Source: Cyanophora paradoxa CCMP329
Lineage: Eukaryota > Plantae > Glaucophyta
Direction of reading: 5' to 3'
Assembly (NCBI GenBank): GCA_004431415.1
Contig: QPMI01000535.1
Span: forward strand, 492,026-556,025
DNA length: 64,000 nt
Positions 11,844 to 24,900 of this stretch are shown here, one piece after another; positions within the stretch are counted from its first letter, which is position 1; each line of letters begins with the position of its first letter. A model generated the notes under the pieces. It ran no database searches. It had not been told where the DNA came from and was given only the letters and a program-made list of their open reading frames with translations. Position numbers and translations under genes: made by a program.

Positions 11844-14800
11844 TCACTTCCGCTTGTAGATGGACTGGATGCGCCGCTGGTGGAGGCGGAGGGGCACGCC
11901 CTGCGGAGGGTCCTCCACGTCAGAGCGACGACGGCCGCGGGGCGCGGGGCGCGGGGCGCGGGGCGGGCCTGGAGGTCGAACTCGTCGCGGAGGGAGTTCT
12001 CGAGGTACCGCACGTACGCCTCCGGGATCTCCGGCGCCTTGCTGCGGCCCCGGCCCCGCCCCCGCCCCCTCAGCCCTGGCGGCCGCGGGTCCTGGCGGAT
12101 CAAATCTGGAGAGGGGCGCTCAACGCGCCTGAAGAAGAGGGCAAAGGTCGGGGGCCGGGCCTTGACCTGCGCTCGGCATCAGCGCCCGTCTGGAGCGTCT
12201 ACTATTGCTGAAGTAACAGCTATGGGGCTGAAGTAACAGTAACAGCTCCGACGGTCTCGTCTCAGGGAGACGCCTTCGAGCGCGGGGCGGTGCGGGGCGG
12301 GGCGGGGCGGGCGGGGCGGGGCGGGGAGGGCGGGCGGGGGGGCGGGCCTGGGTCATGTAGCGGATCTTGATGCGGACGCCCTGCCCCGCGTTGGAGGGGA
12401 TCGGGGGCGCCTTCTGGGCCGTCGCCCGCGCAAGCCACCTGCCCCCAGCAACCATTAAATCGATCGATCGGACTGAAGGCTGCTCCTCCAAGTGCAGTCG
12501 AGGGGCACCGGTTGAGCTGGCTGGTGGGGACGCGGCGGTTCCAGCGCTCGTAGAGGCGGTGGACGGCCGGCATGAGGCGGGGGAGGCCCTCGCCCGTCTT
12601 CGCGCAGAGGGGCACCACCTGCACGCCCCGCACCTGCCGCAGCGACATCTGCACGCCCCGCCCGCCCCGCCCCCGTCGCCTCTGCTTCGCCCCAGCCAGA
12701 GTCGAGCGCGGGAGCACCTCGGCGCGGCCGCGGATCGCCTCGACGGCGGCCTTGCGCTGCTGCTCGGCCGGCCGGCCCCGAGCGAGCGAAGCCCGTCAGC
12801 GCCTCTCGCCCTGGGCGAGAGCGGGGGGCCCGGGGCACCTTGTCGGGCACGAGGTCCATCTTGTTGGCGACGATGACCACGGGGCGCCCCTCGTCCGTGC
12901 ACCTGCCACGAGCCCCCGTCAGCTTAACCTTCAGGAAGCTCAAGCTGAAGGGCGGAGGGGGGGAGGCCGGGGCCACCGCTCGGCGAGGGTGAGGTCGGCC
13001 TGGCCGAGGGGCTCCCGCGCGTCCACCACCAGCGCCGTCACGTGCGCGAAGTTGATCGCCCGCTGCGCCCCCGTCCCGCCCCCCGCGCCCCTCAGCCCCG
13101 ACCCAGCGCCCCACCCGCTCTCCACCGAGGCGGCCGGCTGCTCTCTTGACGGCGCGGCAACGGGTGCGGGCGCGGGGGCGGCGGCGCGGGCCCGCGCACC
13201 TGGGTGTCCCCCCAGGCCATCCCCTCGAGCTTGTCCGTCACCGTCGACTGCCGCCGGAGCCCTGCGCGCGCGCGCCCCCTCAGAAGGCGGGGCGGGCAAG
13301 CACGGCAAAGCAAAGCAGAGCAAAGCGGGGCGGGGCGGGCCGGCGGTGTCGACGAGGCGGATGCGGCGGCCCTCGGAGGTCCACTCCACCGTGATCGCGT
13401 CCCGCGTCGTCCCGGGCACCTGCGCCCCCCACGCCCCCGCTCGACCCGCAAGCCCGCCCGCCCGCCCGGCTGGCGCTCGGCCCCGCGTCCGAGAGAGCGG
13501 CGCGCACCGCGGAGACGACGACGCGGTTCTCGCCGAGCAGCTGGTTCAGGATCGTCGACTTGCCTGCGCGGCGCGGGGCGGGGCGGGAGGCCTCGGCTCG
13601 CCCGCCTCGATCGGGGGCTGCGGGGCGCGGGGCGCGGGGCCCGCGCGCACCGACGTTGGGCTTGCCGACGATCGCGAGCTCAAGGGGCCCCTCCAGCGCC
13701 CCCGCCTCCGCCGCCGGCGCCGCCGCTGTCTCCGCCGCCTCCCCCGCCCCGCTTCCCTCCTCCTCCTCCGCCACCAGGCCGCCCTCGGCCGCCGCCGCCG
13801 GCCTCGCCGCCTCCTCCGCTGCCGCCTGCTCCGCTTTCCGCGCCTCGTCCTCGGCCCGTCGCGCTTCCATCTCCGCCTCCCGCCGCGCCGCCGCCTCCGC
13901 CGCCCGCTCCGCGTGCGGTAGCATCGCCTGAGGGCGGGGCGGGCGGTCGGACGGGGCGGGCGGGCGGGGCGGGCGAGCGGGGCGGCGCGCCTGGAAGAGC
14001 CCCGCGAGTCCCTCGCCGTGCTCCGCGGAGATCTCCACAGGCGGCCCGAAGCTGCGCCGGCGGCGCGCCCGAGGCACGGGTCAGAGCCCAACTAACTGAC
14101 TAAGTAGCCAACTGATCGTTTAAGCCTCGGGGCGGGCCGGGGCGCGCCCGAGCTCGAAGGCCTCGGAGACGCCGGCGTCACCAGCGTCCCCCTCGCACTT
14201 GTTCGCCACGAGCACCACCGGCAGGCCCTTCTTTCTCAGCCACCTGCCCGCCCCCGCCCCCGCCCCCGCCCTCAGCCTCAGCCGCCCCTCGCCGGCGCCC
14301 GCCGCGCGCGCCCCGGCCGGCTCGCCTGGCGAAGTGCTGGTCGTCCCCCGTGATGCCCTCGCGCGCATCGATCACGAAGAGCACCTGCCGCGCCGGCCGC
14401 GTCGCGCGCGGCGAGGGCGGCGGGCGGGCGGGAGGGCGGACCACGTCGGCGGCGCAGACGGCGGCCTCCGTCTGGCCGAACATCGCGCTCCGCAGCTCGT
14501 CCCCGCCGATCTGCGCGCGCGCCCGCGAGAAGCGGCCGCTCAGGCGCCGGCGCGGCCGGCGGCGGGCGGCTCGGGCGGGCGCGCCTCGCGCTCGAGGCCG
14601 GCCGTGTCGAAGACGGTGAAAGCGAGGTCGCCGACGCTGCCGACGGCCTCGCGGCGGTCCCGCGTCACGCCCGGTGTGTCGTGCACGATCGCCATCTTCT
14701 TCCCCACGAGCCGGTTGAAGAGCGTCGACTTCCCGACGTTTGGCCGCCCCACGATCGCCGCCCGGAACGACGGCAGCTGCGAGAGGCCCGGTCGGACGCG

Positions 14801-15131
14801 CGCGAGGCTAGCTGCGAACGTGTGCGCGGCAGTTTGGCACCCGCTCCGCGTTGCGCATGCGCTTGCGCTTCTTGGGCGGGCCCTTCGGCAGGTTACCGGC
14901 CTTGGCGGTCGCAGGGGCAGCGCGAGGCGCTCCAGCGGCACCCGTCGTGACCGCACGGCACGAGAGCGCTCCGTGCAGCAGCCAGGACGCTCGGCACAGG
15001 GCTGCAGCTGGCGCTAGCTGAAGCCCGCATTGCGTGGACAGGCGACACGCAGGGATCTGCAGCAGGCGCAGTCGAGCGAGATTCGGCGCCGCCGGTCGCC
15101 TCCAGAGGCCGGAAAGCGCGCCTCGCAGCAT
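11844..15131 (-). CDS. der: Ribosome biogenesis double GTPase Der/EngA, probably organelle (mitochondrion) targeted; multi-exon
   Basis: GD1: [46 protein letters not shown]2: [34 protein letters not shown]-like tail [34 protein letters not shown]. The N-terminus is Arg-rich ([12 protein letters not shown]). Confidence 0.93.
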
Positions 15132-15294
15132 TTGCTCGCGTACCCCATCCTGGGACGCCCCCCACCCAACGGCAGAATTCAAGCGGGTTGCCGCCGCGCC
15201 GCAGGATCGCAGCTCGGCTGCCTCGTCTGCTGTCGCCCAGCTGTCCGGCCCAACTCCCGGTAGCGAGACGCGCCAGCACCGAGGGTGACCCGCA
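15132..15294. promoter_or_regulatory. Probable bidirectional promoter between der and the TPX2-like gene
   Basis: Divergent start codons at 15131 (-) and 15295 (+), 163 bp apart. Confidence 0.5.
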
Positions 15295-18117
15295 ATGGAC
15301 CACGGATACATAGACTCGGACTTTGAGTTTGATGCGCCGCGTTACTGCGAGCTGCCTGAGCCACCGCCCGATCCGAACGTGAGCCGCCGATCCGCCCCAG
15401 CGTCACCGCTGCCTTGCCCTGACCGCCGGGGGGCTGGGTCGCAGACCTACGATCCGTTCTTCGATGTCGTTCATCCGTTGCACGAGAACCAGCACGCACA
15501 GTGCTCGTCGCCCGGCAAGCTGCCGCCACCCGTCCCCGCCGCTGCGGTGCTGTCGGAGAATCGGCAGGTGCGGTCCCCGCCCTCCAGAGCGCTCCCGCCG
15601 CTCGAGCTTGCCGCGCAGGCCGAGGCGCAGGGGCACGCCAGCAGGCTGCACGGCCCGGCCCAGCGGTGCGAGGCGAAGGCGAAGCCGGCAGCTGCAGCGG
15701 CGACGGCGGCCAAGGGTGGACGCAAGTCGGCGTTCGTGTACAGCTCCACAGGCGCGCGCGCGCGCTCGAACTCTCGCGCTCGATCGAGCGCGGCCCGATC
15801 GCTGATGCGGCGCGGCAGAGCCGGAGAACCTGGCGTACCGGCCGACGACGGGCCCGGCGGCCAAGGCGAAGGCGAACATCCTGAGGCGGCGGAAGGGCGA
15901 GAGCGTGGGCCCCGAGATCGACGAGGAGGCGACGATGCAGTGGGCCGAGGTCCTCGCCCGCCAGTACGCCGACGACGTCGACGAGGCGCTCGCCCACAGC
16001 ACCGGCGGCCACCGCACGCCGGGGCGCCCCGCCCGGCCCTCCGCCGGCGCCGCCGCCACGCCGGCCGCCTTCCGCGCACGGCGCTCGTGCCTGGACATCG
16101 GCGGGGACGGGGCCGCCTCGGGCCGGCGCCCCGGGCGGCCGAGCGCGACGCCGGGCGGCTCCCGCCCCGGGCGCCTCTCGGAGCCCTTCTCGCCCATGTC
16201 CGTCGCCGACACGCCCTCCCCCGGCGCCGGCGGCCCGCGCCCGCTGCTCGGCGGCGGCGCCCTCCGCGTCCCGGACTTCGGCCCGGCCGCCTCGCCCTCC
16301 TTCTCGCCGAAGCTCGCGGGGGCCCTCGAGAAGCGCCGCAAGCTCGCGCACGGCGCCTCGCCCCCGGCCGCCGCGCGCTTCAGCGCCCTCCTCGGGCCCA
16401 CGGGAGCCCCCCGCGGGCCGCCCCCGCGCCGGGGACGCCGCCGCGGGGCGAGCGGGAGGCGTGCCCCGGGGCGCTGCTCTCGCCGGGGCGCGCCGGGCGC
16501 ACCTCAGAGGCGACGACCCGCCCGCCCTCCCGAGGCGCCCCCGCCCCGCCCCCGGCCCCCGCCGCACCGCCCCGCCCCGCCCCGCCCCGGCCCCCGCCCC
16601 TCCGCCCACCCTCCTCGCACCCCTCGCCGCCCGCCCGCGTCCGTCCCCGTCGCATCCTCCCCGCCCGCCGCCCGCCTGCCCTGCACGCCGCTGCGGGCCC
16701 GCGCCGGCTCCGTCGGCCGCGGCCCCGCCCCGGCCGCCGGCCCGCCCTCTGTCCCAGTCGACCAAGTCGATCCGCCCCTCCTCAGCTGTGGGGGGCCCCG
16801 CGTCCGCCGCGCAGCCGCGGCCCACGATGCGCCCGGCGGCCGCGGCGGTCCCGCGGCCCTCAGCGGCCCCGCAGAAGAGGCGGCGCCGGCGCCGGCGCCG
16901 GCGGCCTCGGCCTCGGCGCGGCAGTCGGTCTACGGCGCCGCGGCGCGGGCATCCACCGCCCCCGGCGTGGACCGCGAGGTGCCCTACCCCCCTCCTCTCC
17001 GCCCCCCCGCCCCGCCCAAAGCTCACCTGAGGCCCGGCTCAGGTGAGGGACCTGCTGGACGAGCACAACCGGCGGGCGCGGGAGCGGCAGGCCGCCGGCC
17101 CCTCGGGGCCCCCGCCGCAGCCGCCGCCGGCCTCCGCAGGGGCGCCGAGTCGTTCTGCGCCGCCCCCGCCCGCCCCGCCGTGCGCGCCCCCGCCCCGCCC
17201 CTTCGCCTCCGGCCCCCGCCAACCCGCTCGCGCGTGCACACGCAGACGGGCAAGCGACCCGCCGGCGCCTCCGCGGCGCCCAAGCCCCGGCCGCCCCCGC
17301 CGCGGCCCCGCCCCCGCCCGGCCGGCTCCCGTCCGACCGTCGACGGCCCCCGCGGCTGCGCGGCCGACGCTGGGGGCGCGGGCGGCAGCGGCTCCCGCGG
17401 CCTCGCGCGCCGTCGTCCTCGCGCGGGCCCCCGCCGCCAGTTCCACCTCGGCGGCCCCCCGGCCGCGCCCCGGCGGCCGCCTCCCGCCCCACTTCTGCCG
17501 CGCGCCCGCCCCAGCTGCTGCCCGGCCCGCACCCGCCGCCGCCGCCCCGCGCCCTGCCGCCGCCTCAGCCACAGCCCGCGCCCCAGCGACGGGCGCCACC
17601 GCCCGCGCCCAGCGGCGGGCGCCGCCGCCTCCGCCGCCTCTGTCGGTGCGCGCAGGCCGCCGGCTGGGCCCGGGGGGGCGGGGCGGGCGTCGGCGGCGGC
17701 TGTTCCGGCGGGCGGGGCGCGGTCGCTGGTGGCGGGGGCGGCGCCCGGGGGCGCCCTGGACGACGAGCTGGCGGCGATGCTGTGCGCGCACAACGCCAAG
17801 TTCCGCGCCCCCGCCGCCTACGAGCCCCGGCCCCGCTCCGCCAAGGTCCCCCCCCCCCCCCCCCCCGCCCGCCCGCACCGGCGCTAGGAACCGAGCGGCC
17901 GCGCGCAGGACGTGAGGGAGTGGGAGGCCCAGACGGGGCGCCACTGGTGAGGGAGCCCGGCCCTCCCAGCCCGCCACTGGGCCGCCAGTCGGCGCCGGGC
18001 CGCCGACGCCCGCCGTCTGACGATGAGCCGCTCGTTCCCTCGCGCAGGTACGAGCTGAGCGCGGAGCAGCGCGCCAAGGCCAATGGCGAGATCGCCGCCA
18101 TCGCCCGATCCCGGTAG
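15295..18117 (+). CDS. TPX2-like protein (N-terminal Aurora-binding-like motif, disordered middle, structured C-terminal module); multi-exon
   Basis: The N-terminus MDHGYIDSDFEFDAPRYCEL...|TYDPFFD resembles the TPX2 Y/F-x-FDAP...W/F-F-D/E Aurora-binding motif. The C-terminus reads AHNAKFRAPAAYEPRPRSAK|DVREWEAQTGRHW|YELSAEQRAKANGEI, with stop at 18115-18117. Confidence 0.6.
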
Positions 18118-18966
18118 CCCCGGCCGCTCGCCGCAACACGGCAACAGCTGCAAGTTGCCTCCATTTTTCCGCATTCATGAACTCGTTTCACACGAACGCA
18201 AACTTGATCATGAACGCTCGTTATTTTCATGATTTGGTAATCATGGGCGGATGCACAAATACGTACAGCGATCATGCATGGATATCATCCCAGTATGATA
18301 GGTCGCGCATTATCCACTAATATCCAGCTTATAATTGCCAAAGCTCCGGAACGGTTTGCTAGCTCAGCCTAGCTGGTGCGGCACGCGGCTGCTGTGAAAC
18401 TTCGCCCAGCTACCGGGGTAGCGGTTTTACTTGGCCAACATTGGCGCACTGCATCAGTCTGCATGATCATGATGGCATGTCCCAGTATTGGCAATTTGAC
18501 AGCGCCAGCGCGGCCAGCATTGACAGCGCGTATTGGCGAAACCGTATTGGCGGCGGGCGCATTATTAGCTCGAAGGCTCGTGTGCATGCATGCAGCCCTG
18601 ACCGGGCTGACCCCGAGGTCGTCGACGATCCGACTTCTCGACCGAGTCCGCCGCCGGTCAGTTAGCTCGAGCGGCGCGACCAGATAGCCGCGCCGAGTCG
18701 GCCTCGCGCGATCGCTTTCGGCGAAGCCTGCAGACTGCAGTCTGCAGTGTGAAGGGCAGGAAGCGGATTTCGTTCGACTGCGCGCGCGCGCATCTCGGCA
18801 TCAGCGAGCTAGCCAGGTAGTAGGCCTAGCGCGCGACAAAGGCCGCTTAGCGCGTCGTCGAGCCCCGAAAGCGCGCGCCGTGCAGCGCTAGCGCTGGCAT
18901 CGGAGTAGTGCGGGAGTTCGAACCCGCAGGAGCGGTGCGCGCGCGCACTTAAGTAGATCAAATCCG

Positions 18967-21900
18967 ATGGGGCAGCGCCGGCCAGCGCCGTCCTTGAGTA
19001 GGCCAGCCATCGGCCTCGCCATCGCAGCGCTCGCGGCCGTGTTCGTCTTCGCCGCCGTCGCGGCGCCGGCGCACGCGCACGCGGGGCACAGCCACGACCA
19101 CGACCACAGCCACGGGCACGGGCATGTGGACATCCTCGACGTGATCAGGCGCGGGCGCGCCGATGGCCGCGCGCGCGCTGAGACGGCAATCGTCACGGGC
19201 GGCGCGCCCGCCGCCCGCTCCCCACTCGCGGCATCGACCTATGGGCCAGTCCGTGCGCGCTCTCCCATCCCGCGGCGGCTCGCCCTGCGCGCGCGCGCGC
19301 GTCCGGTCATATGCATTTAGACGACCCCGCGTCCAGCCCGGTCGGACTGACCTGCGCGCGCTCGACGCGCAGAGCCGGCAACGCGCTGCACGCTGAAGAG
19401 CCTCTCTTTCGAGCGCGCGAGGGAGGGTGACGCGACGGTGAAGCCCTTCGTGATGAACACGGCCCAGGTGCCCGAGCTCGCACGGTCGCCGCTCTAGATC
19501 TAGATCTAGATCAGACCGACTCCCCGCGGCACGCGCGGCGCTGGATCCCGGGTCCCCGGAGGTCAATATGTCTGCTGAAGTCGCGCATGGCAGGTTGAGC
19601 AGCTCATCCGGGCCGGCAACCCGTCGTTCACTGACGCGCGCTTCGCCCCGCACTACTGCATCGACGGTGCGCTCCCGAGCGCGTTTTCGAGCGCTCGCGC
19701 TCGCGGCTAATCTAGCGCGCCGCGCGCCTGCGCAGGGCGGCACCTGAAGAACGCCGTGCACACGCCCGGCGGCGACATCTCGGAGTTCCTGCTGGCGCTC
19801 AACGCCTACCAGCAGGTCGTGCTGAAGGGCGCGGCCCTCACCGACGAGCAGGTCTACCAGATTATGATCGACTTCATCGACCTGTACGCCATCCCCAACG
19901 AGGTGCGCTGCCTCCTCCGCCGCCGCACGCCATGTGCATGGCCAGCGTGCAAGTTAAACAATTCATTAATTCAATATTCATGATCGTAACTTATTTCCGC
20001 CTCCAGCGTCCCTTCTACATGCATTCGGACGATCACTCGGACCACTATTTCAAGGTGGGAATTTCAAAGCACATAGAAGGTTGATCGAATCTCGTCTCAC
20101 CCTCGAATTCTCCGCGCCGCAGGACCTGCTGGCGTACAACACGTCGATCGGCACCCGCGCGCTCGACAAGGCGTACACGATCGAGGGCGCCCCCGCCGCT
20201 GACCGCGACGCGATCATGTCTATGGCCCTGATGCCCGACACCCTCGGTCCGCGCCTCCAGCCTTAATTCGGCGCTTTTCTTATCGAGCCGACGTCGCGCA
20301 GGCTGCGGGCACCTGAAGCGCACACTGAAGAATCCGGCGATCTACGAGACGCCCGAGGCGCTGACCAAGAGCGTCATCAAGGCGTTCTACAAGGCCCTAT
20401 GGCGCGACCGCGACGCCGGCAAGGGTGCATGACATCGCATGAATATTTTCTCATTTCGTACTGGGTTCCCGTACGGTCTCTGATGCGCTGGGCCCGCAGG
20501 CGCCGTCGAGTTCCAGATCCTCCCCGGCGAGCACGTCGAGGGGTGCGGCTTTGAATTTATCGATTCTGAAAGCAGTGATTACTGCAAGGTCTCAACTCGC
20601 CCCTGCAGATCCGTCGCGATCGTCCACTCCGAGGCGAAGTGCGGTGACTCCGTCTTCACGTTCAAGCCCAACGCCACCTTTGGCCAGGTCAGTCGTTCTT
20701 GTCCTTATATATAATTAGTTATCTTCTTGTTTGCGCGAATTAACAAGCGCGCCTCGTGTTCAGGTCTTCATCTACCACGCGGACTCGCTCGACTACATCC
20801 GCCAGACCATGACCCGCTTCTTCTGCGACCACAAGACCAAGCTCGGCGCCCTCCCCGCCACCGAGTGCCGGTGCGCGCGCCCTGCAAGCCCGGTCCTGCT
20901 CGTCCTTTAATTTTGCCTATGACACCTCGACCTGTGCAGCCCGAGCGCCCTGCGCGAGAAGATGGTTACTATTTTCGACGCTGGCTTCGCAAGCACTGCG
21001 GGCGCCCTCGCCAACGTGCGCAATTACATGCGCATATGACCGTCAAATTTAATCCTAGAGCTCACCCCGCGGCTCGCATGCGCAGGCTCGCCCCATCGAC
21101 GCCGTGAAGATCACGGTCGACGGCTTCCCCGGCGCGAAGACGGCGGCGCTGACGCCGGCGGACGACCCCGAGTCGGCCCGCGCCGCCGCTGTGGCCCTCA
21201 AGCAGGACCAGGCCAAGGGCTGCCCCATCCTCGACGTGACGGCCTCCGTCGCCGCGGTGCGCTCCTCTTCCAAAGCTCCAGGACGGCGCCCCGCGCGCGC
21301 GCAGGCTTCAGCGCTGACGGGACTGCTCCGCGCGGCATGCGCAGGCCTCGACGGAGAGCGACCCCGAGAAGATGTGGCGCATCCTCTCGATCGAGCACGC
21401 CAAGGCGTTCGTCGGCGACGCGCACATCGTCGACGTCGTCAACCACACCTGGTCCTGCATCGGTGCGGATCGGCTCGAGGTCTCTTCAACTTAATTTATT
21501 GACAGTAAACTGAATCTCCCCGCATGCAGACGGCCGCTCGCACAAGGCGATCCTGGGCACGCCTGGCGGCACCATGAGCGAGTTCATCCTCGCCCTCGCC
21601 GCCTTCGTCAAGAACGGGGTGCGTCAACGTTGCAGCCGCGAGCCCGAGCCACGCCTCCACGTGACCGAGACTAATACTAATCGTAACCCGTCTGCTGCAG
21701 TTCACTGTGGCCAACGAGGACACGATGCAGGCGCTCGTCGACCTGTACACTGAGAAGTACACCATCCCCTACGTTCGGTGCGCGGATTTGAACTCGTTTT
21801 CGAAAGAATTTGTCTTCGCCGCTCGACGCATCCGTCCTGATCCCCTCGCAGGCAGTTCTACATGCACACTGACGTCAAGTCCGTGACGAAGATCGCGGCC

Positions 21901-24900
21901 AAGCTCGGCCTCGACGCGACGACCCTCGGCACCCAGCTGAGCAACCCGCCGGCGCACCTCCGCCCCGCCCTCCTGGAGTACTCGGCGACCCCCGACTACA
22001 TGGGCTGCGGCCACATCAAGAACACCATCGAGGTCTGGAGCAACCCTAATATATAAATACAACGAATTCTCGAAACTGGCGCTGAAATTTGGAAATCGCA
22101 GCAACCCACGACGTACGGGATCGACGCCCAGCTGACGAAGTGGGCCGTCCGCTCCTTCACCCGCGCGCTCTGGGCCGACACCTCCCGCGGCGCCGGCCGC
22201 TTCGTCTACGAGGTGCGCTCGCTCGGTCCGGTGGCTTCTGTCCGTCCCAGCGCACTGACGCGGGGCGGTCGCCGCAGAACCTGCCGGGCGAGCACGTCGA
22301 GGGCGCCGTGCTGCTCGTCAAGTCGGCCGGCTGCAAGGACCACGCCGCCGAGGTCGCCCCGCACCAGGGCAACCTCGTCCCCGGGCAGAAGCCGGCGCTG
22401 GGCGACGGCGAGGCCTTCATCTTCCACTACGCCGACGTGCCCATGTTCCGCGAGTGGAACGCCAAGGTCGGTCCGACTGAGGCGGCCGCCGCAGCCCGCC
22501 GCGGGTCGGCGTCGACGTCGCTGACGGATTCCGCCCGCGCGCAGTTCTTCACCGACAGCGTCCGCCCGGCGATCGCCGCCCCTCCGGCGACGTTGACCTC
22601 CGTCGCGTACTCCGGCATGGTCACCGAGATGAACAGCATCTTCCAGCCCGGCGTGCGCCCCTCCCTCTGTTAGATCTTGGGGATTTATCCTTGGACCTCG
22701 GCCTGACCCCGCAACCCGGCAGCTCGGCTACACTGTGTCCAAGCTCGCGTCGACCCTTCCCATGTTGTGCGTCTCCCATCCCAGACCGCGACCGCCGCTA
22801 TCGCTCGGAGAGCTGAAGGCGCCCCGCCCCGCAGCTACGACGACGTCTCTGGGACCAAGTACTCGGAGATCTCCCTCGCCGTTAAGGCCGACGAGGCCGC
22901 CGTCAAGGGTCCGCCCCGCCCGCCCGGACGACCCCTCGGGCTCCCCGCCATCGGACGCGCTCTAACTTTTCATTTGGTGCAGGCAAGCTGCAGTCGAAGA
23001 AGGAGGTCCTCTCGTTCCACGTCGACCTGCCCGGCCTCCCGTGCTCCGTCCTCACCGCCAGCGGCTTCAAGGACATCAAAGCCAGCCTCGCCGCGTGCGC
23101 CCGGCATTTCTGCGCGCGCGCTTCCTCGTTCGTTTAAATTGATCTCCCGCGCTCGCAGCAAGCTCCTTCTGAACCCGAGCCGCCTCCTCGTGTCCAACGT
23201 GCGCTGCGGCCTCCAGGAGCGCATGCGGCGCACGCTCTTCCAGACCTCGCGTGTCGCCCGCCGCGGCCTCCTCGCCTCGGCCGTCGTCACCGACGGCACC
23301 TGGACCGTCCTCACCGCCCACGTCCTCCCCCCGCTCCGTGCGCCCGCCAGGCCCACTCTAGATCTTCACTGCCGTCGTCGTGCTGATCATGGGCCCCTCG
23401 GCAGGCTTCGACGACAAGCTGACGCTGGACGTGATGAGCAAGCGCCTGAACGACACCATGAACCACCTCACGATGACCGTTGTCGGCTACGGCAACGTCG
23501 TCCTCCGCCGCGTGGACGGCTCCGACCAGTACCCCGCCGACGCGAGCGGCAAGGACTACGGCACCGTCGCCGCGCCGTCGCGCTTCGCCCTCGACGCCGC
23601 TGCCGACCTCAAGAGCTACCTCTCCACCGTCTCCGCCGCCGCCGGCCCGCACCCCGCCGCCCTCGACCACACCAAGGTCCGAACCGGCCCCCGCGCCCTC
23701 TGTTTGAATTCTGCAGTCGTTAATCCGGTCTCGCCACAGATCGCGAAGCTCGTTGCCGCCGGCAAGCCGCACTTCCGCGACGTCCGCTTCGCCCCCCACT
23801 ACTGCATTGACGGCGCGCGGCCGCCCGTGTTCAATTTACTCACGTTTCCCCTATGCTGAAGCGGCGGCGCAGGCCGGCACGTGCGCGGCTCGGTGCACAC
23901 GCCCGGAGGCGACATCTCCGAGTTCCTGCTCGCCCTCTCCTCGTTCCAGCGGACGGTTCTCAACAACGCCGCCATCTCCGACGAGCAGGTCTACCAGATC
24001 ATGACCGCCTGGATCGACGCCTTCGCCATCCCCAACGAGGTGACCCGCCCCGCCCGATCTCATCTCTGCAGAGAGCCCACGCGGAACGGAACTGATTCGC
24101 GCTCTGCAGCGGCCGTTCTACATGCACACGGACGAGCACTCGGAGGAGTACCTGCACAAGAAGCTCGGGCGGGACCTCTCGTTTGACATCTCCATGCCCC
24201 CGGCCAACGAGGCGGAGGAGAAGCTGCTGCTCGAGGCCGTCATCGACCCCGAGACCCACGGCTGCGGCCACCTCAAGGTCCGCTCCAATATTAAATTTAT
24301 CTTACGTCCTCGAGCTAATTTAATTTATGCTCGCTTTTGTTCGCAGCTCACGCTCAAGAACCCCGACATCTACGGCACCTCGGCGGACCTCACGAAGAGC
24401 GTGATCAAGGCCTACTACCGCGCCCTGTGGCGCGACCGCGCCGCCGTCCCCGGCGGCCTCGGCGCCGTCGACCGCCAGGTCCTCCCCGGCGACCACGCCG
24501 AGGGGTGAGCGCCCTCGCCTGCGTTTTGGATCCGCACACCGACGCGTCCGCTGATCACGAGCGTGTCGCAATCGCGCAGCTCGGTGCTCGTCGTGTCGCA
24601 GACGAAGGACATGGGCGACTCGGTCGTCACCTTCGCGCCCAACGTGCCGTCCATCGGCCAGGTCTTCCTCTTCCACGCCGACGCCCTCGACTTCATCCGC
24701 CAGTCCTTCGTCCGCTTCTTCTGCGACCACAAGACCAAGCTCGGCGCCGGCGCGACCGCCGAGTGCCACTCGTCCAAGATCCGCGCCGACATGAAGAAGA
24801 TCTTCGACGGCGGCCTGGCGCACACGGCCGGCCGCCTCGCGGCGAACCGCGCGATGGACTCGCTGGCGATCACGGCGCCGGCGGTGGGCGGCATGGCCGG

